A DNA stretch of 64,000 bases from Candidatus Omnitrophota bacterium (GCA_029261035.1 JAJDCD010000025.1:66926-130925); one strand, 5' to 3'. Numbered from the stretch's first letter, positions 46,490-56,487 are shown. Notes: generated by a model from the letters alone, not told the origin. Made by a program: numbers and translations.

Positions 46490-49180
46490 TTATACCAATT
46501 CTTCTAAGGTTTTTTTTTCTTCTTGAAAAACCTTTTGCTTCTTAAGGGATTCTTGTAGTTTCTCTACTTCTTTCTCATACACTTCCTTAGGAGCATTATT
46601 TTTAAATTTATCATTCGATAATTTTTTTTCTAAAGAATGGATATAAGCATCCACATTATTCAAACTTTCATCCACCACTTTTTTTCTTTTTGCAATATCA
46701 ATATCCTGGCTTGCATCCACATAAAGAATAATCTCTTTCAAAACACCCACTTTAAACCATTTTCCTTTTTCTTTTTGAGAACTAATAAATTGAACTTCTT
46801 CTGCATTCGCTAAAAGCTTAATTTCAGAAGCCAAACCTTTCACAACACTATCCGCAGACTCTAGCTCACAAGCAATATGAATTTTATCTCTCGGAGCTAC
46901 ATTGTTTTCAGCCCGAAAGTTTCTCAGAACTGTTGCAATTTCTTGCAACAACTCCACTTTTTGAATGGATTCTTCATTAATCAAATCATGGTTCGTTTCA
47001 GGCCATTGACTTAAAGAAATAGATTCTCCTAAGTCTTTATTGCACAAAGCTTTAAGCTTCTGCCAAATTTCTTCTGACTGAAAAGGCATGATAGGATGGA
47101 TTAACCTTAAACTTTTCTCAATTACATGCAACATCACTTTTTCTGTTAACTGTCGTTCTCCTTTGGAAATGAGGTCTTCTCCCTCAGAAGTTAATTTTGG
47201 TTTAACCAACTCAATATACCAATCGCAAAATGCATGCCAAAAGAAATGATATAAATCACTAGCAGCATCATTAAAACGATATACTTCTAAAGCGAAATTC
47301 ACTTTTTTAATTGTGCTGTTGAGTTCGGCTAAGATCCATTCGTCAATCAAAGTTAGATTCTTCAATTCAGATTCAGACAATTCAAAGTCCTCTAACTTTT
47401 CAGATTCTAGATTCATAAATAGAAATCGGCAAGCATTCCAAATCTTATTAGTAAAATTTCTTCCAATTTCAAACTTATCCTTACTTAGATAAGCATCTTG
47501 CCCACTCCCTGTAATCATCATCAAACTAAATCGAAGAGCGTCTGCTCCAACTTCATCAATCACGTCTAAAGGATCAATCGTATTCCCTAAAGATTTTGAC
47601 ATCTTAGTTCCGTCTCCGTCCCGAATCGTTCCATGAATATTAACTGTCTTAAAGGGCTCTTTACCCAAGAATTCACAGCCAGCCATAATCATACGCGCAA
47701 CCCAAAAGAAAATAATTTCTGAACCCGTAACTAAATCTGTTGTCGGATAAAAGCGCTTAAGGTCTGGAGTCTCATCAGGCCAACCCAATGTAGAAAAAGG
47801 CCATAACCAAGAAGAAAACCAGGTATCCAAAACATCTTCATCTTGTCTTAAGTTCTTACTCTTACATTCTTGACACTCTGTTACATCTTCTCGAGAAACA
47901 TTAATATGTTCACAATCATTACAATACCAAACAGGAATACGATGTCCCCACCAAATCTGTCTAGAAATACACCAATCCCGAATGTTTTCCATCCAGTTTA
48001 GATAAACTTTCGTCCAACGATCAGGAATAAACTGAACTCGCCCTTCTTGAACCACCTTAATTGCTTTTTCAGCCATAGGTTTCATCTTAACAAACCATTG
48101 TTTCGAAAAATAAGGTTCTATTACGGTATCACAACGATAACAATGCCCAACGGCATGCTGATGAGGTTCTACTTTGAGAAGCAATCCTAATTCTTCCAAG
48201 TCTTTTACTATTTTCTTTCTCGCTTTAAAACGATCCAACCCTTGGTAGGCTCCACCCGCTTCATTAATAGAACCGTCTTCATTCATTACATTAATAAACT
48301 CAAGGTCATGACGTTTACCTATCTCAAAGTCGTTAGGGTCATGTGCTGGCGTTACCTTAACTACACCTGTTCCAAACTCCTTATCGACAAAATCATCTTG
48401 AACAACAGACAACTCACGATCCACAAGAGGAAGGTTTAATTTTTGTTTTACTAAATCGGAGTAACGCTCATCGGTAGGATTAATAGCAACAGCCGTGTCC
48501 CCCAACATCGTTTCAGGACGCGTTGTAGCAACAACAACAAACTTATCTTTGCTATCTTTGATCGGATATTTAATATGATAAAGAGAACCCTCACTATCTT
48601 TATGAGGAGCTTCTTCGTCTGAAAGAGCCGTATGGCATCGAGGACACCAGTTAATAATGTAATGTCCTTGATAGATTAACCCTTTTTCATAAAGACGAAC
48701 AAAGGTTTCTCGCACTGATCGAGACAAACCCTCATCCATCGTAAAACGTTCGCGAGTCCAATCACAAGAGGAACCTAAATGCCTTAATTGCTTCGAAATG
48801 GTAGACCCATGTTCTTCTTTCCACTTCCAGGTCTCTTCGAGAAAAGCTTCTCGCCCTAAATCATGACGTGTCTTCCCTTCCTTAGCTAACTTTCTCTCAA
48901 CTACATTTTGGGTCGCAATACCCGCATGATCCATTCCAGGCATCCAAAGTGTAGGCTGTTGTTTCATACGATGCCAACGGGTTAAAATATCTTGAATGGT
49001 ATTATTGAGAGCGTGACCCATATGTAAAATTCCGGTCACATTAGGCGGAGGAATAACGATAACAAAAGGGTCTAGATCTAAATTTTCATTAGGACAGAAA
49101 TAACGAGATTTTTCCCAAACTTTATACCAACGCGTTTCAACGTCTTTGGATTTATATATTTTATCGAGTTCTATTTTCAT
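46490..49180 (-). CDS. valS: Valine--tRNA ligase
   Basis: 896 aa. HIGH region PPPNVTGILHMGHALN. KMSKS motif present. C-terminal coiled coil. Confidence 0.9.
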   Translation of the reverse strand: MKIELDKIYKSKDVETRWYKVWEKSRYFCPNENLDLDPFVIVIPPPNVTGILHMGHALNNTIQDILTRWHRMKQQPTLWMPGMDHAGIATQNVVERKLAKEGKTRHDLGREAFLEETWKWKEEHGSTISKQLRHLGSSCDWTRERFTMDEGLSRSVRETFVRLYEKGLIYQGHYIINWCPRCHTALSDEEAPHKDSEGSLYHIKYPIKDSKDKFVVVATTRPETMLGDTAVAINPTDERYSDLVKQKLNLPLVDRELSVVQDDFVDKEFGTGVVKVTPAHDPNDFEIGKRHDLEFINVMNEDGSINEAGGAYQGLDRFKARKKIVKDLEELGLLLKVEPHQHAVGHCYRCDTVIEPYFSKQWFVKMKPMAEKAIKVVQEGRVQFIPDRWTKVYLNWMENIRDWCISRQIWWGHRIPVWYCNDCEHINVSREDVTECQECKSKNLRQDEDVLDTWFSSWLWPFSTLGWPDETPDLKRFYPTTDLVTGSEIIFFWVARMIMAGCEFLGKEPFKTVNIHGTIRDGDGTKMSKSLGNTIDPLDVIDEVGADALRFSLMMITGSGQDAYLSKDKFEIGRNFTNKIWNACRFLFMNLESEKLEDFELSESELKNLTLIDEWILAELNSTIKKVNFALEVYRFNDAASDLYHFFWHAFCDWYIELVKPKLTSEGEDLISKGERQLTEKVMLHVIEKSLRLIHPIMPFQSEEIWQKLKALCNKDLGESISLSQWPETNHDLINEESIQKVELLQEIATVLRNFRAENNVAPRDKIHIACELESADSVVKGLASEIKLLANAEEVQFISSQKEKGKWFKVGVLKEIILYVDASQDIDIAKRKKVVDESLNNVDAYIHSLEKKLSNDKFKNNAPKEVYEKEVEKLQESLKKQKVFQEEKKTLEELV

Positions 49181-49264
49181 ATTTTACTTAATAGTGAGTC
49201 AAATGTCTGAGATTACTTCGTCGGCATTTAATTCAACTCCTCGTAATGACAATCTCTCTGAGTC

Positions 49265-49653
49265 CGTCATTGCGAGCATCAACAAAAGATGCGTGGCAAT
49301 CTCAGGAGTAATGGTTATAAAGTTTCGTAAAGATCATTAAATTCTGGATTAAACTTTTGAATTAACTCTAATTTCTTTTTTCTCGATCCTGCTTTTATTT
49401 GCTTTTCCCTCTCTATTGCAGTTCTAATATCATCTGCTACTTCAAAGTAAATTAACTTATCCAAGTTATACTTTTTAGAAAAACCATCAGTGAGCTTTTT
49501 CTTATGCTCAAAAATTCTTTTCTTAAGATCGCTGGTAACACCCGTATAGATTGTAGTGTTGTTCTTATTTGTTAAGAAGTATATATAACCTGATTCATCC
49601 ATTTTTCTATGCCTGAGATTGCCGCGGCCTTTTTGTCGCTACCTCGCAATGAC
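49265..49653. mobile_element. Candidate miniature mobile element: a GIY-YIG nuclease gene bracketed by 42-bp terminal inverted repeats
   Basis: Left arm, 49265-49306: gtcattgcgag-N14-gcgtggcaatctcagg. Right arm, 49612-49653, is the inverted gtcattgcgag-N14-gccgcggcaatctcagg. Both ctcagg ends face the ORF. Solo copies of the arm occur at 26286, 56561 and 57815. Confidence 0.45.
49315..49602 (-). CDS. Small GIY-YIG (URI-domain) nuclease of the UPF0213/COG2827 type
   Basis: 95 aa. Begins GYIYFLTNKNNTTIYTGVTSDLKKRIFEH, where GxIY...YTG is the GIY-YIG core. It is the size of stand-alone URI nucleases. Confidence 0.75.
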   Translation of the reverse strand: MDESGYIYFLTNKNNTTIYTGVTSDLKKRIFEHKKKLTDGFSKKYNLDKLIYFEVADDIRTAIEREKQIKAGSRKKKLELIQKFNPEFNDLYETL

Positions 49654-49677
49654 GAAAAACGAGACTGAGCCGCTTTT

Positions 49678-51243
49678 CTAAATCTTTTCACCCTTGAGCA
49701 ATTTGTATTCCACAGCTTCGACAAGGGCTTGCCAGCTGGCTTCGATGATGTTTTCGGAAACACCCACTGTAGTCCAAGTTCCTTTTTCGTCTTGGAATGT
49801 GATGAACACACGCACTGTCGCACCGGTACCTTCAGCTTCATCGATGACACGCACTTTAAAATCCGTTAAATGAATTTTTTTGATTACAGGATAAAACTTA
49901 GAAAGCGCTTTTCTCAAAGCATTATCTAATGCATTAACAGGACCATCCCCATCTGCTGCTGTATGCTCTACAGCTTTACCTATTTTCAACTTTAATGTTG
50001 CTCGACTTGTGATTTTACCTTCTTCACTTTTTTCATCATGCACATTAAATTCAACCAACTCAAAAAATTTCTTTTCTTTCCCTGTCATTTTTCGCATTAA
50101 CAACTCAAAGGAAGCATCTGCTGCCTCAAATTGATAACCTTTACTTTCAAGTTCGTAGACTTTCTCTAATATTTTCTTGGTCTCTGGGGATTCTTTATCT
50201 AATCCCAAGGACATCTCTTTTGATTTGATCAACACATTAGATCGTCCTGATAATTCAGAAACTAAAAAACGTGTATTATTACCCACACTTTTAGGAGAAA
50301 TATGTTCATAGGTCTTCGAGTTCTTCATCATTGCATTGACATGAACACCCCCCTTATGAGCAAACGCAGAACGTCCAACATAGGGCTGGTTATTTTCAAA
50401 AGGCATATTGCAGATTTCTGCGATATAACGACTTAACTCTGTCAACTCTTGCATTTTTGACGCTGCAACTGTTGTAACCCCTAACTTAAAAACAAGATTA
50501 GGGATAACGCTGATTAAATTTGCATTTCCACACCGCTCTCCATAACCATTAATCGTTCCCTGAACCTGAGTCGCTCCGGCTTGAACTGCAGCGATTGAAT
50601 TCGCAACACCCAAATTACAATCGTTATGACAGTGGATCCCTATTTCTGTAGACACTTGAGTTTTAACCTCAGCGATGATTGCAGCAATTTCAGAAGGCAA
50701 GGTCCCTCCATTCGTATCACAAAGCACTAAATAACTCGCACCACCTCTTTCAGCCTCTTTCAATGTCTTGATTGCGTATTCTGAATTTTCTTTATACCCA
50801 TCAAAAAAATGCTCTGCGTCATAAATCACTTCCATACGCTTGGACTTCAAATATTTAACGGAGTCGTAGATCATGCTTAAATTTTCTTTCATTGAAGTTT
50901 TAAACACTTCCTTCACATGAAAATCCCAACTCTTTCCAAAGATGGTAACCACCTCAGCTTTTGCTTCCACTAATTTAGCTAAGTTTGCATCCTCAGAAGC
51001 CTTGATATTAGGCCTTCTCGTAGAACCAAAAGCTGCAACTTTGGCCTTTTTTAACTTTAATTTTTTCACTTCTTTAAAGAAACTCATATCCTTAGGATTA
51101 GAGCCTGGCCATCCGCCCTCGATGTAATGAACCCCAAATTGATCTAATTTTTTGGCAATCTTTAGCTTGTCATCCAAAGACAAACTCATCCCCTCTCCTT
51201 GGGAACCATCTCTTAATGTTGTATCGTATATTGTTACCTTCAT
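49678..51243 (-). CDS. cimA: (R)-citramalate synthase-type LeuA-family enzyme
   Basis: 521 aa. Motifs IYDTTLRDGSQGEGMSLS, HCHNDCNLGVANS and a C-terminal LeuA-dimer-like region. It is distinct from the canonical leuA at 20604. It clusters with the thr genes, which fits threonine-independent 2-oxobutanoate synthesis. Confidence 0.6.
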   Translation of the reverse strand: MKVTIYDTTLRDGSQGEGMSLSLDDKLKIAKKLDQFGVHYIEGGWPGSNPKDMSFFKEVKKLKLKKAKVAAFGSTRRPNIKASEDANLAKLVEAKAEVVTIFGKSWDFHVKEVFKTSMKENLSMIYDSVKYLKSKRMEVIYDAEHFFDGYKENSEYAIKTLKEAERGGASYLVLCDTNGGTLPSEIAAIIAEVKTQVSTEIGIHCHNDCNLGVANSIAAVQAGATQVQGTINGYGERCGNANLISVIPNLVFKLGVTTVAASKMQELTELSRYIAEICNMPFENNQPYVGRSAFAHKGGVHVNAMMKNSKTYEHISPKSVGNNTRFLVSELSGRSNVLIKSKEMSLGLDKESPETKKILEKVYELESKGYQFEAADASFELLMRKMTGKEKKFFELVEFNVHDEKSEEGKITSRATLKLKIGKAVEHTAADGDGPVNALDNALRKALSKFYPVIKKIHLTDFKVRVIDEAEGTGATVRVFITFQDEKGTWTTVGVSENIIEASWQALVEAVEYKLLKGEKI

Positions 51244-51296
51244 AATATCCTTTGTTTACTAGCGGTCAGCGTAAAGCGTTTAGCGAATAGGTTATC

Positions 51297-51333
51297 AAAC
51301 CCTCACCCTAGGCCTCTCCCTATCAGGGAGAGG
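51297..51333. repeat. Element aaaccctcacc-N5-cctctccct-atc-agggagagg. It contains a perfect 9-bp-arm palindrome and is nested inside an 11-bp inverted repeat.
   Basis: Flanking inverted repeat agcgtttagcg (51275-85) / cgctaaacgct (51358-68). A second copy in the opposite orientation is at 56451-56487. Confidence 0.45.
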
Positions 51334-51378
51334 GAAATAGCTTTTCTATACGCTCCACGCTAAACGCTCTACGCTAAT

Positions 51379-52605
51379 TTATATTACTGTTTTTCTACGA
51401 CTTAAACCAAATGCACTGTGTATCGCTCGGACAGCTGCTTTTCCTTTTTTACCATCCACGACACAAGAAATTTTAATTTCAGAGGTTGAAATCATTTCGA
51501 TATTTATTTTCTTTTTTGCAAGCGTGCTAAACATTTTCGCAGCGACACCTGAATGCGATTTCATACCCACACCCACCAAACTCACCTTTGCTATATTCTT
51601 ATCCACTTCTACCCCGCTCGCCTTTACAATTTTGGCTGCTTGATGGATGACAGGAAGAGTTCTTTTCAATTCCGATTTAAATACGGTAAATGAAATATCT
51701 GTAAAATTGGTCGTGGATTTATTTTGAATAATCATGTCCACATTCACATCACTTTTAGCGAGCTTCTCAAATACCTTAGCAGCAATCCCTGGAGTATCAG
51801 GAACTTTTAACAAAGTAATCTTAACTTCATTCTCTGTAATAGTAACTCCACTAACGAGCACTTGCTCCATTTTCTTATTCTCCTTTGTGATCAACGTTCC
51901 CGGATTATTGTTCATACTACTTCGAACCATAATCGGAACATTATATTTTTTCCCAACTTCAACTGAACGAGACTGCATTACTTTCGCGCCTAAAGACGCC
52001 ATCTCGAGCATTTCTTCATAACTAATCATATCCAACTTGCGTGCATCTTTAACAATACGAGGATCTGAAGTATAAACCCCATCCACATCTGTATAAATTT
52101 CGCATAAGGAAGCTTTTAACACATGCGCCAAAGCAACCGCTGTTAAGTCCGAACCTCCACGACCTAGAGTTGTAATCTCATTCTTAGAGGTGCTCCCTTG
52201 AAAACCTGCTACAATAACAATCTTACCCTTTCTCAATTCTCTGCGAATACGGTCGGTATTAATATCAACAATTTTGGCTTGCCCGTGTTTTTCATTTGTT
52301 GTTATTCCAATCTGCAAACCTGTCATCGAAACAGCATCTTCACCTAGCTCATGAATCGCCATTGCCAAAAGAGCTACAGACATCTGTTCTCCAGTCGTCA
52401 GCAACATATCCATTTCACGTTGGTTCGGAATCTTAGCGACTTGGTGGGCTAACGAATTTAATTCGTCTGTTTTTCCAGCAGGAGCAGAAACAACAACAAC
52501 CACTTGATTCTTTTTACGTTTTGTACGAACAATCCGTTTGGCTACACTCTTAACTTTTTCGATGTCTCCAACAGACGTACCACCATATTTTTGAACAATA
52601 ACCAT
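51379..52605 (-). CDS. Aspartate kinase, monofunctional, with ACT domains
   Basis: 408 aa. Motifs VQKYGGTSVG and VVVVSAPAGKTDEL. Confidence 0.85.
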   Translation of the reverse strand: MVIVQKYGGTSVGDIEKVKSVAKRIVRTKRKKNQVVVVVSAPAGKTDELNSLAHQVAKIPNQREMDMLLTTGEQMSVALLAMAIHELGEDAVSMTGLQIGITTNEKHGQAKIVDINTDRIRRELRKGKIVIVAGFQGSTSKNEITTLGRGGSDLTAVALAHVLKASLCEIYTDVDGVYTSDPRIVKDARKLDMISYEEMLEMASLGAKVMQSRSVEVGKKYNVPIMVRSSMNNNPGTLITKENKKMEQVLVSGVTITENEVKITLLKVPDTPGIAAKVFEKLAKSDVNVDMIIQNKSTTNFTDISFTVFKSELKRTLPVIHQAAKIVKASGVEVDKNIAKVSLVGVGMKSHSGVAAKMFSTLAKKKINIEMISTSEIKISCVVDGKKGKAAVRAIHSAFGLSRRKTVI

Positions 52606-52635
52606 TCTATTTCCTCTACCTAATCACACAACTCA

Positions 52636-53832
52636 TTATTTTTTAAGGAGCGTCGGAAGAATCTTATATGCATCGTTAACAACCACTTCAGACTCTGCGG
52701 CTTCAGCTTCAGTAAATATATTCCCGCCAGCAGACTCTATTCCCTTACCAGCAACTACAAAAGGAACACTAGAACGAAAATGCGTTCGTGTATTACATGA
52801 AGTTGAGTGATCCGGCATAATCAAAACACGCGTATCTGGATTCTCTTCTAAATACCGTCTTACTGGACCTACAATCTTAGAGTCAAAATCTTCAATTGCC
52901 TCTACCTTTAGTTTTGGATTGCCTTGATGCGCTGTTTCATCCGTAGCTTCCACATGGATATAAATAAAATCTTTCTCTTTCAAACTATTTAATCCAAATT
53001 CCACTTTTCCTTCATAGTTCGTATCCACGTAACCTGTAATGTCTGGTACCGGCAAAATTTCCAACTCCGCTAAACGTCCAATCCCACAAACCAAGTCCAC
53101 TGCAGAAACGATTGATCCTTTGATTCCAAAACGAGATTCAAAAGTCTCTATCTTAGGCATTACCCCTTGCCCCCAAAGCCAAATCATATTTGCCGGATTC
53201 TCATTTAAATCCACACGAACTTGATTGATCTCATGATCTTTTAAATGAATTTTAGCTTTTTCCATAATATCTTTTAAAATATCAGAACCATTTCCTGTCG
53301 GCCAATGGTCTTCAATCGATTGATCCTGAATATCATGAGGAGGAACACATTCGGCAGATAATCCTTTAATTCCTGCAGAATCCTTGATCACTGCAATATG
53401 CCTATATTGAATACCAGGATAAAGTGTAATTTTTTCAGAATCTATTTTTCCTTTTAAAAAATCTACGAGGGTATGAGCTTCTGTCGTACTGATATGCCCA
53501 GCACTGTAATCGGCCATTTTTCCATCCGCATCGGTTACTAAGTTCATCCTAAAAGCAACTTCACCCTCATTTAACTTAATTCCCATATTAGCGGCTTCCA
53601 AAGGAGCTCTTCCCGTATAACATTCTTTTGGGTTATAGCCCAAAATAGAAAGGTGCCCTACATCAGAACCCGGAGACAAACCTGCAGGAATCGTATCCGC
53701 TCGACCCATTCGTCCGTTTTCGCAAAACCAAGTTAGGTTTGGCATATGACTCGATTCTAACGGGGTCTTTCCACCCAAAGCTTCGCAAGGTTCATCACTC
53801 ACACCATCTGGAACTAATACAATATATTTCAT
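52636..53832 (-). CDS. Cofactor-independent phosphoglycerate mutase, archaeal type (apgM-like). It sits in the thrB position of the threonine operon and is a candidate non-orthologous homoserine kinase.
   Basis: 398 aa. Motifs MKYIVLVPDGVSDEP and PDHSTSCNTRTHF. It lies between aspartate kinase and thrC. There is no GHMP-type thrB in the window. Confidence 0.65.
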   Translation of the reverse strand: MKYIVLVPDGVSDEPCEALGGKTPLESSHMPNLTWFCENGRMGRADTIPAGLSPGSDVGHLSILGYNPKECYTGRAPLEAANMGIKLNEGEVAFRMNLVTDADGKMADYSAGHISTTEAHTLVDFLKGKIDSEKITLYPGIQYRHIAVIKDSAGIKGLSAECVPPHDIQDQSIEDHWPTGNGSDILKDIMEKAKIHLKDHEINQVRVDLNENPANMIWLWGQGVMPKIETFESRFGIKGSIVSAVDLVCGIGRLAELEILPVPDITGYVDTNYEGKVEFGLNSLKEKDFIYIHVEATDETAHQGNPKLKVEAIEDFDSKIVGPVRRYLEENPDTRVLIMPDHSTSCNTRTHFRSSVPFVVAGKGIESAGGNIFTEAEAAESEVVVNDAYKILPTLLKK

Positions 53833-53850
53833 AGTTGTTTCCTCTGTCTT

Positions 53851-54915
53851 TTATAATTTCAAATTCATAGCATCCAAAACTTTATCTTTATTAGAATCCA
53901 CCGTTATCACTTCATCATCAAAACTGAGTGCAATATCAGGATCTTTTAATCCCGATCCCGTCAGAGTACAAACAACCGTACTTCCAGGTTTAATGTAATC
54001 TCTTTTTACTAATTTAATTAAACCAGCCACAGAAGCACAAGAAGCAGGCTCTGCAAAAACACCATCTCTTTCAGCAATAAAACGATACGCCCATTTAATT
54101 TCTTCATCTGTTACCGCTTCAATTAAACCGCCTGATTCATCACGTGCATTCACAGCACCGTCCCAACTTGCTGGATTCCCAATGCGAATCGCGGTCGCAA
54201 TTGTTTCTGGATTTTCAATAATTCGATTTTCAACAATAGGAGCCGATCCTGCCGCTTGAAAACCACACATTTTAGGTAACGTTTTATTTTTACCATGCTC
54301 TTTATACTCTTTGTATCCCATCCAATAAGCCGTAATATTACCTGCATTCCCCACAGGAATTAAATGGTAATCAGGAGCCTTTCCCAACTCATCCACAATC
54401 TCAAAAGCAGCGGTCTTTTGCCCTTGAATACGATATGGGTTAATAGAGTTCACTAACTTTACAGGATGACTATCCGTAATTTCTTTCACCAAATTTAAAG
54501 CGTCATCAAAGTTGCCTTTAATCTGAATCACTTTTGCTCCGTAACGATAAGCTTGGAGCAATTTTCCTTTAGCAATGTTACCCTCAGGGATCAACACAAA
54601 ACATTTCAAGCCAGAACGAGACGCATACGCAGCTGCCGCAGCAGAAGTATTTCCTGTTGAAGCACACATAATCGCTTTATAACCTTCTTCCAAAGCTTTC
54701 GACACCGCCATCGTCATTCCACGATCTTTAAACGAACCTGTAGGATTCAAGCCTTCAAACTTATAATAGACTTTAAAATCCAAGTTAAATTCTTTAGGCA
54801 AAGCTTCAGATATAATCAACGGAGTGTTTCCTTCATTCAAAGAAACAATTGGTGTCTTATCTGTTATGGGTAAAAACTCTGCATATCTCTCTATAATTCC
54901 AATTTTCTTAGGCAC
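53851..54915 (-). CDS. thrC: Threonine synthase
   Basis: 354 aa. PLP motif GSFKDRGM. Confidence 0.85.
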   Translation of the reverse strand: MPKKIGIIERYAEFLPITDKTPIVSLNEGNTPLIISEALPKEFNLDFKVYYKFEGLNPTGSFKDRGMTMAVSKALEEGYKAIMCASTGNTSAAAAAYASRSGLKCFVLIPEGNIAKGKLLQAYRYGAKVIQIKGNFDDALNLVKEITDSHPVKLVNSINPYRIQGQKTAAFEIVDELGKAPDYHLIPVGNAGNITAYWMGYKEYKEHGKNKTLPKMCGFQAAGSAPIVENRIIENPETIATAIRIGNPASWDGAVNARDESGGLIEAVTDEEIKWAYRFIAERDGVFAEPASCASVAGLIKLVKRDYIKPGSTVVCTLTGSGLKDPDIALSFDDEVITVDSNKDKVLDAMNLKL

Positions 54916-54993
54916 TCTTTTTCCTTTGTTTATAGCTATCAGCTTTTAGCCATTAGCCGGACAATCTTTTCAAACTGTCTTCCTGAGTGTAAC

Positions 54994-55060
54994 GAAGGAT
55001 CTATGACAAATGAAATAATAAAATTCTTCAAGATCCTTCACTGCGTTCAGGATGACAATA
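54994..55060. repeat. Mosaic hairpin repeat gaaggatct-N28-agatccttc followed by caggatgacaa
   Basis: It shares a ~30-nt segment (aagatccttcRCT..tcaggatgacaaWa) with 28424-28453. It lies between thrC and hom. Confidence 0.45.
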
Positions 55061-55083
55061 CAACTGTTCACACTTAACGAAAT

Positions 55084-56379
55084 TTAGCTTTCAATTCGGA
55101 TAACTCGTGTTTTTTCGCGAATCACCGATCGGTTTGAATCAATCTTTTTTACAGCCGTTCTAATATCCGCTTCATGTCCTTTGTACGTTAACAAAATCAA
55201 AGGCACTGTGGTCCCAGACTTTTTCTCTGTCTGGATCACATTAGAAATGCTCACGTTATGCTTTCCTAAAATTCCAGAGATATAAGAAAGCGTTCCGGGT
55301 TTATCAATCACAGAAAATCTTAAATAATAACGCGAAAGAATCGACGAAATACTTTTAACTTTAACCTGAGACTTAGAAGTTCGCGGCAAATTACTTCGAA
55401 TACCCTTTGCCCAATCAATCACATCACTTAAAACAGCACTCGCAGTAGGCTCCGGCCCTGCCCCTTTTCCATAAAGAAGAACTTCCCCTACTTCATCCCC
55501 TTCAAAAAGGATTGCATTAAAAGAACCATCCACCTTCGCTAAGATATGGTTATTAGGTAATAAGGTTGGTTGTACACGAGCCTCAATACCATCTTTTTGT
55601 TTCTTAGCTATTGCCAATAACTTAATCGAATAACCAAATCGTTTAGCAAAATCAATATCATGTTGCGAAATATGTTTAATCCCTTCGCAATCAACACTCT
55701 TAAAAGGAATCTTCTGTTCAAAACTATATCGAGCCAAAATAGCAATCTTATGCGCTGCATCAACCCCTTCAATATCAAAAGTAGGATCTAACTCGGCATA
55801 ACCCTTTGCTTGAGCTTCCTGAAGAGCAACATCAAAATCCACGCCATGCTGACTCATTTGAGTCAAAATATAATTACTGGTTCCATTAATAATCCCTAAG
55901 ATCGAATGGATATGATTCGCAGCTAACCCCTCTCTTAAGGACTTAATTACAGGAATACCTCCACCCACGCTCGCTTCAAAGAAAATTTGACGACCTAACT
56001 TCTTCGCTTCTTTATATATAGATTCTCCCTCTTCAGCAAGGAGAGCCTTGTTCGCTGTTACCACATCTTTACCATTACGAAAGGCTTCTAAGACAAATTT
56101 CTTCGCTAAAGCAACGCCACCCACAAGCTCAATCACCAAATCAATCGAGGGATCTTTCAATACATCCGATGGTTTTGAGGTTAACAACTTAGAGTCCAAG
56201 GACTTAAATCTCTTTTTCTTGGTATTCTTAACCAAAATCTTTGTAATATCAAAACGCACATCATAGCGTTTCTGAAAGAGACTCCTCTTACGAGAAATCA
56301 CACGATATACTTCCGAACCAATCTGTCCCAATCCTAAAAGTCCAATAGAGACCCTTCTCATAAATCCTCCAAAAGGCAT
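55084..56379 (-). CDS. hom: Homoserine dehydrogenase with a C-terminal ACT domain
   Basis: 431 aa. NAD-binding motif IGLLGLGQIGSEV. The alternative start ATG 56361 (MRRVSIG) has GGAGGA upstream. Confidence 0.85.
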   Translation of the reverse strand: MPFGGFMRRVSIGLLGLGQIGSEVYRVISRKRSLFQKRYDVRFDITKILVKNTKKKRFKSLDSKLLTSKPSDVLKDPSIDLVIELVGGVALAKKFVLEAFRNGKDVVTANKALLAEEGESIYKEAKKLGRQIFFEASVGGGIPVIKSLREGLAANHIHSILGIINGTSNYILTQMSQHGVDFDVALQEAQAKGYAELDPTFDIEGVDAAHKIAILARYSFEQKIPFKSVDCEGIKHISQHDIDFAKRFGYSIKLLAIAKKQKDGIEARVQPTLLPNNHILAKVDGSFNAILFEGDEVGEVLLYGKGAGPEPTASAVLSDVIDWAKGIRSNLPRTSKSQVKVKSISSILSRYYLRFSVIDKPGTLSYISGILGKHNVSISNVIQTEKKSGTTVPLILLTYKGHEADIRTAVKKIDSNRSVIREKTRVIRIES

Positions 56380-56450
56380 AAGTTAAACACACTAATATAC
56401 TCAAAAATAACCCTACAGTAAAGGGGTAAAAGGTAAATTTAGGAACTTTC

Positions 56451-56487
56451 CTCTCCCTCTCAGGGAGAGGACTCAGGTGAGGGTTTA
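56451..56487. repeat. Second copy, inverted, of the cctctccctNNNagggagagg / ggtgagggttt element
   Basis: The sequence is cctctccctctcagggagagg-actca-ggtgagggttt. It is bracketed by a 12-bp direct repeat ataagttaaaca at 56378-89 and 56488-99. Confidence 0.45.

Noticed and set aside
49572-49850. 92-aa minus-strand ORF overlapping the 3' end of cimA and the right terminal repeat of the GIY-YIG element
   Set aside because: It is out of frame with cimA, its sequence is low-complexity, and it spans a repeat. It is almost certainly non-coding.
56361-56379. Alternative hom start at 56361 (MRRVSIG) versus 56379
   Set aside because: Both are possible. GGAGGA lies only 3 nt before the internal ATG, which is too close for a confident call. 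I kept the ORF-track coordinates and note the uncertainty.
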